From contig OZ059897.1 of the NCBI GenBank assembly GCA_964057225.1, forward strand, positions 2,790,001 through 2,854,000: a stretch of 64,000 nucleotides of DNA, given 5' to 3'. Of this stretch, positions 1-12,300 are shown piece by piece. Below the pieces are notes generated by a model that saw nothing but the letters and a program-made list of their open reading frames with translations, searched no databases and had not been told where the DNA came from. A program made the position numbers and the translations under genes. The number at the start of each line of letters is the position of its first letter. Position 1 is the stretch's first letter. Origin of the DNA: Auanema rhodensis (taxonomy: Eukaryota > Animalia > Nematoda).

Positions 1-212
1 CAGATTTGAGTTAGCTTAAAAATGCACCGAGATATCAACTGATATAGGTTCACACTTATATCCTCGATTTTCACCCTGAAGAATTAATTTTTTCGTTGAA
101 TAACATTGTCCATCGTCTTTGCCTTGAAAAAAGAAATCTAAAAACTCCTACTTTTTGTGAAATTATTTAGAAATTTTTCGGGAAAATTTTTGTCAAAATG
201 TTTTTGGAAGCA

Positions 213-240
213 ATGTTGAGTGTACATGGGAACTCAACAT
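213..240. repeat. 9-bp perfect inverted repeat in the monomer (example copy)
   Basis: ATGTTGAGT-GTACATGGGA-ACTCAACAT. Confidence 0.85.
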
Positions 241-314
241 ACACTAATGCATTATTTTTCAAACGATCATAACTAATTTTTGTATAGAGCGTTTCTCATT
301 GTAGTATAGTGCAT

Positions 315-381
315 TCGATGCGGATTTTTAAGCTGCGTCGATCTGTGTTATCAGATTTGCGCTAGCTTAAAAATGCTCCGA
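315..381. repeat. Long imperfect inverted repeat at each monomer junction (example copy)
   Basis: ATTTTTAAGCT (324..334) pairs with AGCTTAAAAAT (364..374); inner ATCTG/CAGAT surrounds a TGTTAT loop; GCG/CGC pairs in some variants. Confidence 0.85.
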
Positions 382-3300
382 GATAACAACTTATATAAGT
401 TCACACTTATTTCCTCGATTTTCACCCTGAAGAATTAATTTTTTCGTTGAATAACATTGTCCATCGTCTTTGCCTTAAAAAAAGAAATCTAAAAACTCCT
501 ACTTTTTGTGAAATTATTTAGAAATTTTTCGGGAAAATTTTTGTCAAAATGTTTTTGGAAGCAATGTTGAGTGTACATGGGAACTCAACATACACTAATG
601 CATTATTTTTCAAACGATCATAACTAATTTTTGTATAGAGCGTTTCTCAATGTAGTATAGTGCATTCGATGCGGATTTTTAAGCTGCGTTGATCTGTGTT
701 ATCAGATTTGCGCTAGCTTAAAAATGCTCCGAGATATCAACTTATATAAGTTCACACTTATATCCTCGATTTTCACCCTGAAGAATTAATTTTTTCGTTG
801 AATAACATTGTCCATCGTCTTTGCCTTGAAAAAAGAAATCTAAAAACATCTACTTTTTGTGAAATTATTTAGAAATTTTTCGGGAAAATTTTTGTCACAA
901 TGTTTTTGGAAGCAATGTTGAGTGTACATGGGAACTCAGCATACACTAATGCATTATTTTTCAAACGATCATAACTAATTTTTGTATAGAGCGTTTTTCA
1001 ATGTAGTATAGCGCATTCGATGCGGATTTTTAAGCTGCGTCGATCTGTGTTATCAGATTTGAGGTAGCTTAAAAATGCACCGAGATATCAACTGATATAT
1101 GTTCACACTTATATCCTCAATTTTCACCCTGAAGAAATGATTTTTTCGTTGAAAAACATTGTCCATCGTATTTGTCTTGAAAAAAGGAATCTAAAAACAT
1201 CTACTTTTTGTGAAATTATTTAGAAATTTTTCGGGAAAATTTTTGTCAAAATGTTTTTGGAAGCAATGTTGAGTGCACATGGGAACTCAACATACACTAA
1301 TGCATTATTTTTCAAACGATCATAACTAATTTTTGTATAGAGCGTTTCTCAATGTCGTATAGTGCATTCGATGCGATTTTTTAAGCTGCGTTGATCTGTG
1401 TTATCTGATTTGAGTTAACTTAAAAATGCACCGAGATATCAACTGATATAGGTTCACACTTATATCCTCGATTTTCACCCTGAAGAAATGATTTTTTCGT
1501 TGAAAAACATTGTCCATCGTCTTCGTCTTGAAAAAAGGAATCTAAAAACATCTACTTTTTGTGAAATTATTCAGAAATTTTTCGGGAAAATTTTTGTCAA
1601 AATGTTTTTGGAAGCAATGTTGAGTGTACATGGGAACTCAACATACACTAATGCATTATTTTTCAAACGATCATAACTAATTTTTGTATGGAGCGTTTCT
1701 CAATGTAGTATAGTGCATTCGATGCGGATTTTTAAGCTGCGTTGATCTGTGTTATCAGATTTGAGTTAGCTTAAAAATGCACCGAGATATCAACTGATAT
1801 ATGTTCACACTTATATCCTCGATTTTCACCCTGAAGAAATGATTTTTTCGTTGAATAACATTGTCCATCGTCTTCGTCTTGAAAAAAGGAATCTAAAAAC
1901 ATCTACTTTTTGTGAAATTATTTAGAAATTTTTCGGGAAAATTTTTGTCAAAATGTTTTTGGAAGCAATGTTGAGTGTACATGGGAACTCAACACACACT
2001 AATGCATTATTTTTCAAACGATCATAACTAATTTTTGTATTAAGCTTTTCTCAATGTAGTATAGTGCAGTCGATGCGGATTTTTAAGCTGCGTCGATCTG
2101 TGTTATCAGATTTGCGCTAGCTTAAAAATGCTCCGAGATATCAACTTATATAAGTTCACACTTATATCCTCGATTTTCACCCTGATGAATTAATTTTTTC
2201 GTTGAATAACATTGTCGATCGTCTTTGCCTTGAAAAAAGGAATCTAAAAACATTTACTTTTTGTGAAATTATTTAGAAATTTTTCGGGAAAATTTTTGTC
2301 AAAATGTTTTTGGAAGCAATGTTGAGTGTACATGGGAACTCAACATACACTAATGCATTATTTTTCAAACGATCATAACTAATTTTTGTATGGAGCGTTT
2401 CTCAATGTAGTATAGTGCATTCGATGCGGATTTTTAAGCTGCGTTGATCTGTGTTATCAGATTTGAGTTAGCTTAAAAATGCACCGAGATATCAACTGAT
2501 ATATGTTCACACTTATATCCTCGATTTTCACCCTGAAGAAATGATTTTTTCGTTGAATAACATTGTCCATCGTCTTCGTCTTGAAAAAAAGAATCTAAAA
2601 ACATCTACTTTTTGTGAAATTATTTAGAAATTTTTCGGGAAACTTTTTGTCAAAATGTTTTTGGAAGCAATGTTGAGTGTACATGGGAACTCAACATACA
2701 CTAATGCATTATTTTTCAAACGATCATAACTAATTTTTGTATGGAGCGTTTCTCAATGTAGTATAGTGCATTCGATGCGGATTTTTAAGCTGCGTTGATC
2801 TGTGTTATCAGATTTGAGTTAGCTTAAAAATGCACCGAGATATCAACTGATATATGTTCACACTTATATCCTCGATTTTCACCCTGAAGAATTAATTTTT
2901 TCGTTGAATAACATTGTCCATCGTCTTTGCCTTGAAAAAAGAAATCTAAAAACATCTACTTTTTGTGAAATTATTTAGAAATTTTTCGGGAAAATTTTTG
3001 TCACAATGTTTTTGGAAGCAATGTTAAGTGTACATGGGAACTCAACATACACTAATGCATTATTTTTCAAACGATCATAACTAATTTTTGTATGGAGCGT
3101 TTCTCAATGTAGTATAGTGCATTCGATGCGGATTTTTAAGCTGCGTTGATCTGTGTTATCAGATTTGAGTTAGCTTAAAAATGCACCGAGATATCAACTG
3201 ATATATGTTCACACTTATATCCTCGATTTTCACCCTGAAGAAATGATTTTTTCGTTGAATAACATTGTCCATCGTCTTCGTCTTGAAAAAAGGAATCTAA

Positions 3301-6300
3301 AAACATCTACTTTTTGTGAAATTATTTAGAAATTTTTCGGGAAACTTTTTGTCAAAATGTTTTTGGAAGCAATGTTGAGTGTACATGGGAACTCAACATA
3401 CACTAATGCATTATTTTTCAAACGATCATAACTAATTTTTGTATGGAGCGTTTCTCAATGTAGTATAGTGCATTCGATGCGGATTTTTAAGCTGCGTTGA
3501 TCTGTGTTATCAGATTTGAGTTAGCTTAAAAATGCACCGAGATATCAACTGATATATGTTCACACTTATATCCTCGATTTTCACCCTGAAGAAATGATTT
3601 TTTCGTTGAATAACATTGTCCATCGTCTTCGTCTTGAAAAAAAGAATCTAAAAACATCTACTTTTTGTGAAATTATTTAGAAATTTTTCGGGAAACTTTT
3701 TGTCAAAATGTTTTTGGAAGCAATGTTGAGTGTACATGGGAACTCAACATACACTAATGCATTATTTTTCAAACGATCATAACTAATTTTTGTATGGAGC
3801 GTTTCTCAATGTAGTATAGTGCATTCGATGCGGATTTTTAAGCTGCGTTGATCTGTGTTATCAGATTTGAGTTAGCTTAAAAATGCACCGAGATATCAAC
3901 TGATATATGTTCACACTTATATCCTCGATTTTCACCCTGAAGAATTAATTTTTTCGTTGAATAACATTGTCCATCGTCTTTGCCTTGAAAAAAGAAATCT
4001 AAAAACATCTACTTTTTGTGAAATTATTTAGAAATTTTTCGGGAAAATTTTTGTCACAATGTTTTTGGAAGCAATGTTAAGTGTACATGGGAACTCAACA
4101 TACACTAATGCATTATTTTTCAAACGATCATAACTAATTTTTGTATGGAGCGTTTCTCAATGTAGTATAGTGCATTCGATGCGGATTTTTAAGCTGCGTT
4201 GATCTGTGTTATCAGATTTGAGTTAGCTTAAAAATGCACCGAGATATCAACTGATATATGTTCACACTTATATCCTCGATTTTCACCCTGAAGAAATGAT
4301 TTTTTCGTTGAATAACATTGTCCATCGTCTTCGTCTTGAAAAAAGGAATCTAAAAACATCTACTTTTTGTGAAATTATTTAGAAATTTTTCGGGAAACTT
4401 TTTGTCAAAATGTTTTTGGAAGCAATGTTGAGTGTACATGGGAACTCAACATACACTAATGCATTATTTTTCAAACGATCATAACTAATTTTTGTATGGA
4501 GCGTTTCTCAATGTAGTATAGTGCATTCGATGCGGATTTTTAAGCTGCGTTGATCTGTGTTATCAGATTTGAGTTAGCTTAAAAATGCACCGAGATATCA
4601 ACTGATATATGTTCACACTTATATCCTCGATTTTCACCCTGAAGAATTAATTTTTTCGTTGAATAACATTGTCCATCGTCTTTGCCTTGAAAAAAGAAAT
4701 CTAAAAACATCTACTTTTTGTGAAATTATTTAGAAATTTTTCGGGAAAATTTTTGTCACAATGTTTTTGGAAGCAATGTTAAGTGTACATGGGAACTCAA
4801 CACACACTAATGCATTATTTTTCAAACGATCATAACTAATTTTTGTATTAAGCTTTTCTCAATGTAGTATAGTGCAGTCGATGCGGATTTTTAAGCTGCG
4901 TCGATCTGTGTTATCAGATTTGCGCTAGCTTAAAAATGCTCCGAGATATCAACTTATATAAGTTCACACATATATCCTCGATTTTCACCCTGATGAATTA
5001 ATTTTTTCGTTGAATAACATTGTCGATCGTCTTTGCCTTGAAAAAAGGAATCTAAAAACATTTACTTTTTGTGAAATTATTCAGAAATTTTTCGGGAAAA
5101 TTTTTGTCAAAATGTTTTTGGAAGCAATGTTGAGTGTACATGGGAACTCAACATACACTAATGCATTATTTTTCAAACGATCATAACTAATTTTTGTATG
5201 GAGCGTTTCTCAATGTAGTATAGTGCATTCGATGCGGATTTTTAAGCTGCGTTGATCTGTGTTATCAGATTTGAGTTAGCTTAAAAATGCACCGAGATAT
5301 CAACTGATATATGTTCACACTTATATCCTCGATTTTCACCCTGAAGAAATGATTTTTTCGTTGAATAACATTGTCCATCGTCTTCGTCTTGAAAAAAGGA
5401 ATCTAAAAACATCTACTTTTTGTGAAATTATTTAGAAATTTTTCGGGAAACTTTTTGTCAAAATGTTTTTGGAAGCAATGTTGAGTGTACATGGGAACTC
5501 AACATACACTAATGCATTATTTTTCAAACGATCATAACTAATTTTTGTATGGAGCGTTTCTCAATGTAGTATAGTGCATTCGATGCGGATTTTTAAGCTG
5601 CGTTGATCTGTGTTATCAGATTTGAGTTAGCTTAAAAATGCACCGAGATATCAACTGATATATGTTCACACTTATATCCTCGATTTTCACCCTGAAGAAT
5701 TAATTTTTTCGTTGAATAACATTGTCCATCGTCTTTGCCTTGAAAAAAGAAATCTAAAAACATCTACTTTTTGTGAAATTATTTAGAAATTTTTCGGGAA
5801 AATTTTTGTCACAATGTTTTTGGAAGCAATGTTAAGTGTACATGGGAACTCAACATACACTAATGCATTATTTTTCAAACGATCATAACTAATTTTTGTA
5901 TGGAGCGTTTCTCAATGTAGTATAGTGCATTCGATGCGGATTTTTAAGCTGCGTTGATCTGTGTTATCAGATTTGAGTTAGCTTAAAAATGCACCGAGAT
6001 ATCAACTGATATATGTTCACACTTATATCCTCGATTTTCACCCTGAAGAAATGATTTTTTCGTTGAATAACATTGTCCATCGTCTTCGTCTTGAAAAAAG
6101 GAATCTAAAAACATCTACTTTTTGTGAAATTATTTAGAAATTTTTCGGGAAAATTTTTGTCAAAATGTTTTTGGAAGCAATGTTGAGTGTACATGGGAAC
6201 TCAACACACACTAATGCATTATTTTTCAAACGATCATAACTAATTTTTGTATTAAGCTTTTCTCAATGTAGTATAGTGCAGTCGATGCGGATTTTTAAGC

Positions 6301-9300
6301 TGCGTCGATCTGTGTTATCAGATTTGCGCTAGCTTAAAAATGCTCCGAGATATCAACTTATATAAGTTCACACTTATATCCTCGATTTTCACCCTGATGA
6401 ATTAATTTTTTCGTTGAATAACATTGTCGATCGTCTTTGCCTTGAAAAAAGGAATCTAAAAACATTTACTTTTTGTGAAATTATTTAGAAATTTTTCGGG
6501 AAAATTTTTGTCAAAATGTTTTTGGAAGCAATGTTGAGTGTACATGGGAACTCAACATACACTAATGCATTATTTTTCAAACGATCATAACTAATTTTTG
6601 TATGGAGCGTTTCTCAATGTAGTATAGTGCATTCGATGCGGATTTTTAAGCTGCGTTGATCTGTGTTATCAGATTTGAGTTAGCTTAAAAATGCACCGAG
6701 ATATCAACTGATATATGTTCACACTTATATCCTCGATTTTCACCCTGAAGAAATGATTTTTTCGTTGAATAACATTGTCCATCGTCTTCGTCTTGAAAAA
6801 AGGAATCTAAAAACATCTACTTTTTGTGAAATTATTTAGAAATTTTTCGGGAAACTTTTTGTCAAAATGTTTTTGGAAGCAATGTTGAGTGTACATGGGA
6901 ACTCAACATACACTAATGCATTATTTTTCAAACGATCATAACTAATTTTTGTATGGAGCGTTTCTCAATGTAGTATAGTGCATTCGATGCGGATTTTTAA
7001 GCTGCGTTGATCTGTGTTATCAGATTTGAGTTAGCTTAAAAATGCACCGAGATATCAACTGATATATGTTCACACTTATATCCTCGATTTTCACCCTGAA
7101 GAATTAATTTTTTCGTTGAATAACATTGTCCATCGTCTTTGCCTTGAAAAAAGAAATCTAAAAACATCTACTTTTTGTGAAATTATTTAGAAATTTTTCG
7201 GGAAAATTTTTGTCACAATGTTTTTGGAAGCAATGTTAAGTGTACATGGGAACTCAACATACACTAATGCATTATTTTTCAAACGATCATAACTAATTTT
7301 TGTATGGAGCGTTTCTCAATGTAGTATAGTGCATTCGATGCGGATTTTTAAGCTGCGTTGATCTGTGTTATCAGATTTGAGTTAGCTTAAAAATGCACCG
7401 AGATATCAACTGATATATGTTCACACTTATATCCTCGATTTTCACCCTGAAGAAATGATTTTTTCGTTGAATAACATTGTCCATCGTCTTCGTCTTGAAA
7501 AAAGGAATCTAAAAACATCTACTTTTTGTGAAATTATTTAGAAATTTTTCGGGAAAATTTTTGTCAAAATGTTTTTGGAAGCAATGTTGAGTGTACATGG
7601 GAACTCAACACACACTAATGCATTATTTTTCAAACGATCATAACTAATTTTTGTATTAAGCTTTTCTCAATGTAGTATAGTGCAGTCGATGCGGATTTTT
7701 AAGCTGCGTCGATCTGTGTTATCAGATTTGCGCTAGCTTAAAAATGCTCCGAGATATCAACTTATATAAGTTCACACTTATATCCTCGATTTTCACCCTG
7801 ATGAATTAATTTTTTCGTTGAATAACATTGTCGATCGTCTTTGCCTTGAAAAAAGGAATCTAAAAACATTTACTTTTTGTGAAATTATTTAGAAATTTTT
7901 CGGGAAAATTTTTGTCAAAATGTTTTTGGAAGCAATGTTGAGTGTACATGGGAACTCAACATACACTAATGCATTATTTTTCAAACGATCATAACTAATT
8001 TTTGTATGGAGCGTTTCTCAATGTAGTATAGTGCATTCGATGCGGATTTTTAAGCTGCGTTGATCTGTGTTATCAGATTTGAGTTAGCTTAAAAATGCAC
8101 CGAGATATCAACTGATATATGTTCACACTTATATCCTCGATTTTCACCCTGAAGAAATGATTTTTTCGTTGAATAACATTGTCCATCGTCTTCGTCTTGA
8201 AAAAAGGAATCTAAAAACATCTACTTTTTGTGAAATTATTTAGAAATTTTTCGGGAAACTTTTTGTCAAAATGTTTTTGGAAGCAATGTTGAGTGTACAT
8301 GGGAACTCAACATACACTAATGCATTATTTTTCAAACGATCATAACTAATTTTTGTATGGAGCGTTTCTCAATGTAGTATAGTGCATTCGATGCGGATTT
8401 TTAAGCTGCGTTGATCTGTGTTATCAGATTTGAGTTAGCTTAAAAATGCACCGAGATATCAACTGATATATGTTCACACTTATATCCTCGATTTTCACCC
8501 TGAAGAATTAATTTTTTCGTTGAATAACATTGTCCATCGTCTTTGCCTTGAAAAAAGAAATCTAAAAACATCTACTTTTTGTGAAATTATTTAGAAATTT
8601 TTCGGGAAAATTTTTGTCACAATGTTTTTGGAAGCAATGTTAAGTGTACATGGGAACTCAACATACACTAATGCATTATTTTTCAAACGATCATAACTAA
8701 TTTTTGTATGGAGCGTTTCTCAATGTAGTATAGTGCATTCGATGCGGATTTTTAAGCTGCGTTGATCTGTGTTATCAGATTTGAGTTAGCTTAAAAATGC
8801 ACCGAGATATCAACTGATATATGTTCACACTTATATCCTCGATTTTCACCCTGAAGAAATGATTTTTTCGTTGAATAACATTGTCCATCGTCTTCGTCTT
8901 GAAAAAAGGAATCTAAAAACATCTACTTTTTGTGAAATTATTTAGAAATTTTTCGGGAAACTTTTTGTCAAAATGTTTTTGGAAGCAATGTTGAGTGTAC
9001 ATGGGAACTCAACATACACTAATGCATTATTTTTCAAACGATCATAACTAATTTTTGTATGTAGCGTTTCTCAATGTAGTATAGTGCATTCGATGCGGAT
9101 TTTTAAGCTGCGTTGATCTGTGTTATCAGATTTGAGTTAGCTTAAAAATGCACCGAGATATCAACTGATATATGTTCACACTTATATCCTCGATTTTCAC
9201 CCTGAAGAATTAATTTTTTCGTTGAATAACATTGTCCATCGTCTTTGCCTTGAAAAAAGAAATCTAAAAACATCTACTTTTTGTGAAATTATTTAGAAAT

Positions 9301-12300
9301 TTTTCGGGAAAATTTTTGTCACAATGTTTTTGGAAGCAATGTTAAGTGTACATGGGAACTCAACACACACTAATGCATTATTTTTCAAACGATCATAACT
9401 AATTTTTGTATTAAGCTTTTCTCAATGTAGTATAGTGCAGTCGATGCGGATTTTTAAGCTGCGTCGATCTGTGTTATCAGATTTGCGCTAGCTTAAAAAT
9501 GCTCCGAGATATCAACTTATATAAGTTCACACATATATCCTCGATTTTCACCCTGATGAATTAATTTTTTCGTTGAATAACATTGTCGATCGTCTTTGCC
9601 TTGAAAAAAGGAATCTAAAAACATTTACTTTTTGTGAAATTATTCAGAAATTTTTCGGGAAAATTTTTGTCAAAATGTTTTTGGAAGCAATGTTGAGTGT
9701 ACATGGGAACTCAACATACACTAATGCATTATTTTTCAAACGATCATAACTAATTTTTGTATGGAGCGTTTCTCAATGTAGTATAGTGCATTCGATGCGG
9801 ATTTTTAAGCTGCGTTGATCTGTGTTATCAGATTTGAGTTAGCTTAAAAATGCACCGAGATATCAACTGATATATGTTCACACTTATATCCTCGATTTTC
9901 ACCCTGAAGAAATGATTTTTTCGTTGAATAACATTGTCCATCGTCTTCGTCTTGAAAAAAGGAATCTAAAAACATCTACTTTTTGTGAAATTATTTAGAA
10001 ATTTTTCGGGAAACTTTTTGTCAAAATGTTTTTGGAAGCAATGTTGAGTGTACATGGGAACTCAACATACACTAATGCATTATTTTTCAAACGATCATAA
10101 CTAATTTTTGTATGGAGCGTTTCTCAATGTAGTATAGTGCATTCGATGCGGATTTTTAAGCTGCGTTGATCTGTGTTATCAGATTTGAGTTAGCTTAAAA
10201 ATGCACCGAGATATCAACTGATATATGTTCACACTTATATCCTCGATTTTCACCCTGAAGAATTAATTTTTTCGTTGAATAACATTGTCCATCGTCTTTG
10301 CCTTGAAAAAAGAAATCTAAAAACATCTACTTTTTGTGAAATTATTTAGAAATTTTTCGGGAAAATTTTTGTCACAATGTTTTTGGAAGCAATGTTAAGT
10401 GTACATGGGAACTCAACACACACTAATGCATTATTTTTCAAACGATCATAACTAATTTTTGTATTAAGCTTTTCTCAATGTAGTATAGTGCAGTCGATGC
10501 GGATTTTTAAGCTGCGTCGATCTGTGTTATCAGATTTGCGCTAGCTTAAAAATGCTCCGAGATATCAACTTATATAAGTTCACACATATATCCTCGATTT
10601 TCACCCTGATGAATTAATTTTTTCGTTGAATAACATTGTCGATCGTCTTTGCCTTGAAAAAAGGAATCTAAAAACATTTACTTTTTGTGAAATTATTCAG
10701 AAATTTTTCGGGAAAATTTTTGTCAAAATGTTTTTGGAAGCAATGTTGAGTGTACATGGGAACTCAACATACACTAATGCATTATTTTTCAAACGATCAT
10801 AACTAATTTTTGTATGGAGCGTTTCTCAATGTAGTATAGTGCATTCGATGCGGATTTTCAAGCTGCGTTGATCTGTGTTATCAGATTTGAGTTAGCTTAA
10901 AAATGCACCGAGATATCAACTGATATATGTTCACACTTATATCCTCGATTTTCACCCTGAAGAAATGATTTTTTCGTTGAATAACATTGTCCATCGTCTT
11001 CGTCTTGAAAAAAGGAATCTAAAAACATCTACTTTTTGTGAAATTATTTAGAAATTTTTCGGGAAACTTTTTGTCAAAATGTTTTTGGAAGCAATGTTGA
11101 GTGTACAAGGGAACTCAACATACACTAATGCATTATTTTTCAAACGATCATAACTAATTTTTGTATGGAGTGTTTCTCAATGTAGTATAGTGCATTCGAT
11201 GCGGATTTTTAAGCTGCGTTGATCTGTGTTATCAGATTTGAGTTAGCTTAAAAATGCACCGAGATATCAACTGATATATGTTCACACTTATATCCTCGAT
11301 TTTCACCCTGAAGAATTAATTTTTTCGTTGAATAACATTGTCCATCGTCTTTGCCTTGAAAAAAGAAATCTAAAAACATCTACTTTTTGTGAAATTATTT
11401 AGAAATTTTTCGGGAAAATTTTTGTCACAATGTTTTTGGAAGCAATGTTAAGTGTACATGGGAACTCAACACACACTAATGCATTATTTTTCAAACGATC
11501 ATAACTAATTTTTGTATTAAGCTTTTCTCAATGTAGTATAGTGCAGTCGATGCGGATTTTTAAGCTGCGTCGATCTGTGTTATCAGATTTGCGCTAGCTT
11601 AAAAATGCTCCGAGATATCAACTTATATAAGTTCACACTTATATCCTCGATTTTCACCGTGATGAATTAATTTTTTCGTTGAATAACATTGTCGATCGTC
11701 TTTGCCTTGAAAAAAGGAATCTAAAAACATTTACTTTTTGTGAAATTATTCAGAAATTTTTCGGGAAAATTTTTGTCAAAATGTTTTTGGAAGCAATGTT
11801 GAGTGTACATGGGAACTCAACATACACTAATGCATTATTTTTCAAACGATCATAACTAATTTTTGTATAGAGCGTTTCTCAATGTAGTATAGTGCTGTCG
11901 ATGCGGATTTTTAAGCTGCGTTGATCTGTGTTATCAGATTTGAGTTAGCTTAAAAATGCACCGAGATATCAACTGATATATGTTCACACTTATATCCTCG
12001 ATTTTCACCCTGAAGAAATGATTTTTTCGTTTAATAACATTGTCCATCGTCTTCGTCTTGAAAAAAGGAATCTAAAAACATCTACTTTTTGTGAAATTAT
12101 TTAGAAATTTTTCGGGAAAATTTTTGTCAAAATGTTTTTGGAAGCAATGTTGAGTGTACATGGGAACTCAACATACACTAATGCATTATTTTTCAAACGA
12201 TCATAACTAATTTTTGTATAGAGCGTTTCTTAATGTAGTATAGTGCATTCGATGCGGATTTTTAAGCTGCGTCGATCTGTGATATCAGATTTGAGTTAAC

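Noticed and set aside
213-250. Helitron 3' end (hairpin followed by CTAA-T)
   Set aside because: The hairpin is AT-rich and only 3 nt from CTAA, and no TC 5' end follows; poor fit.
1-351. Monomer as 5S rRNA, tRNA, SL or snRNA gene repeat, or telomeric repeat
   Set aside because: I recognised no such sequence, Pol III boxes, SL1 leader or short telomere motif; an Rfam/tRNAscan search would be decisive.
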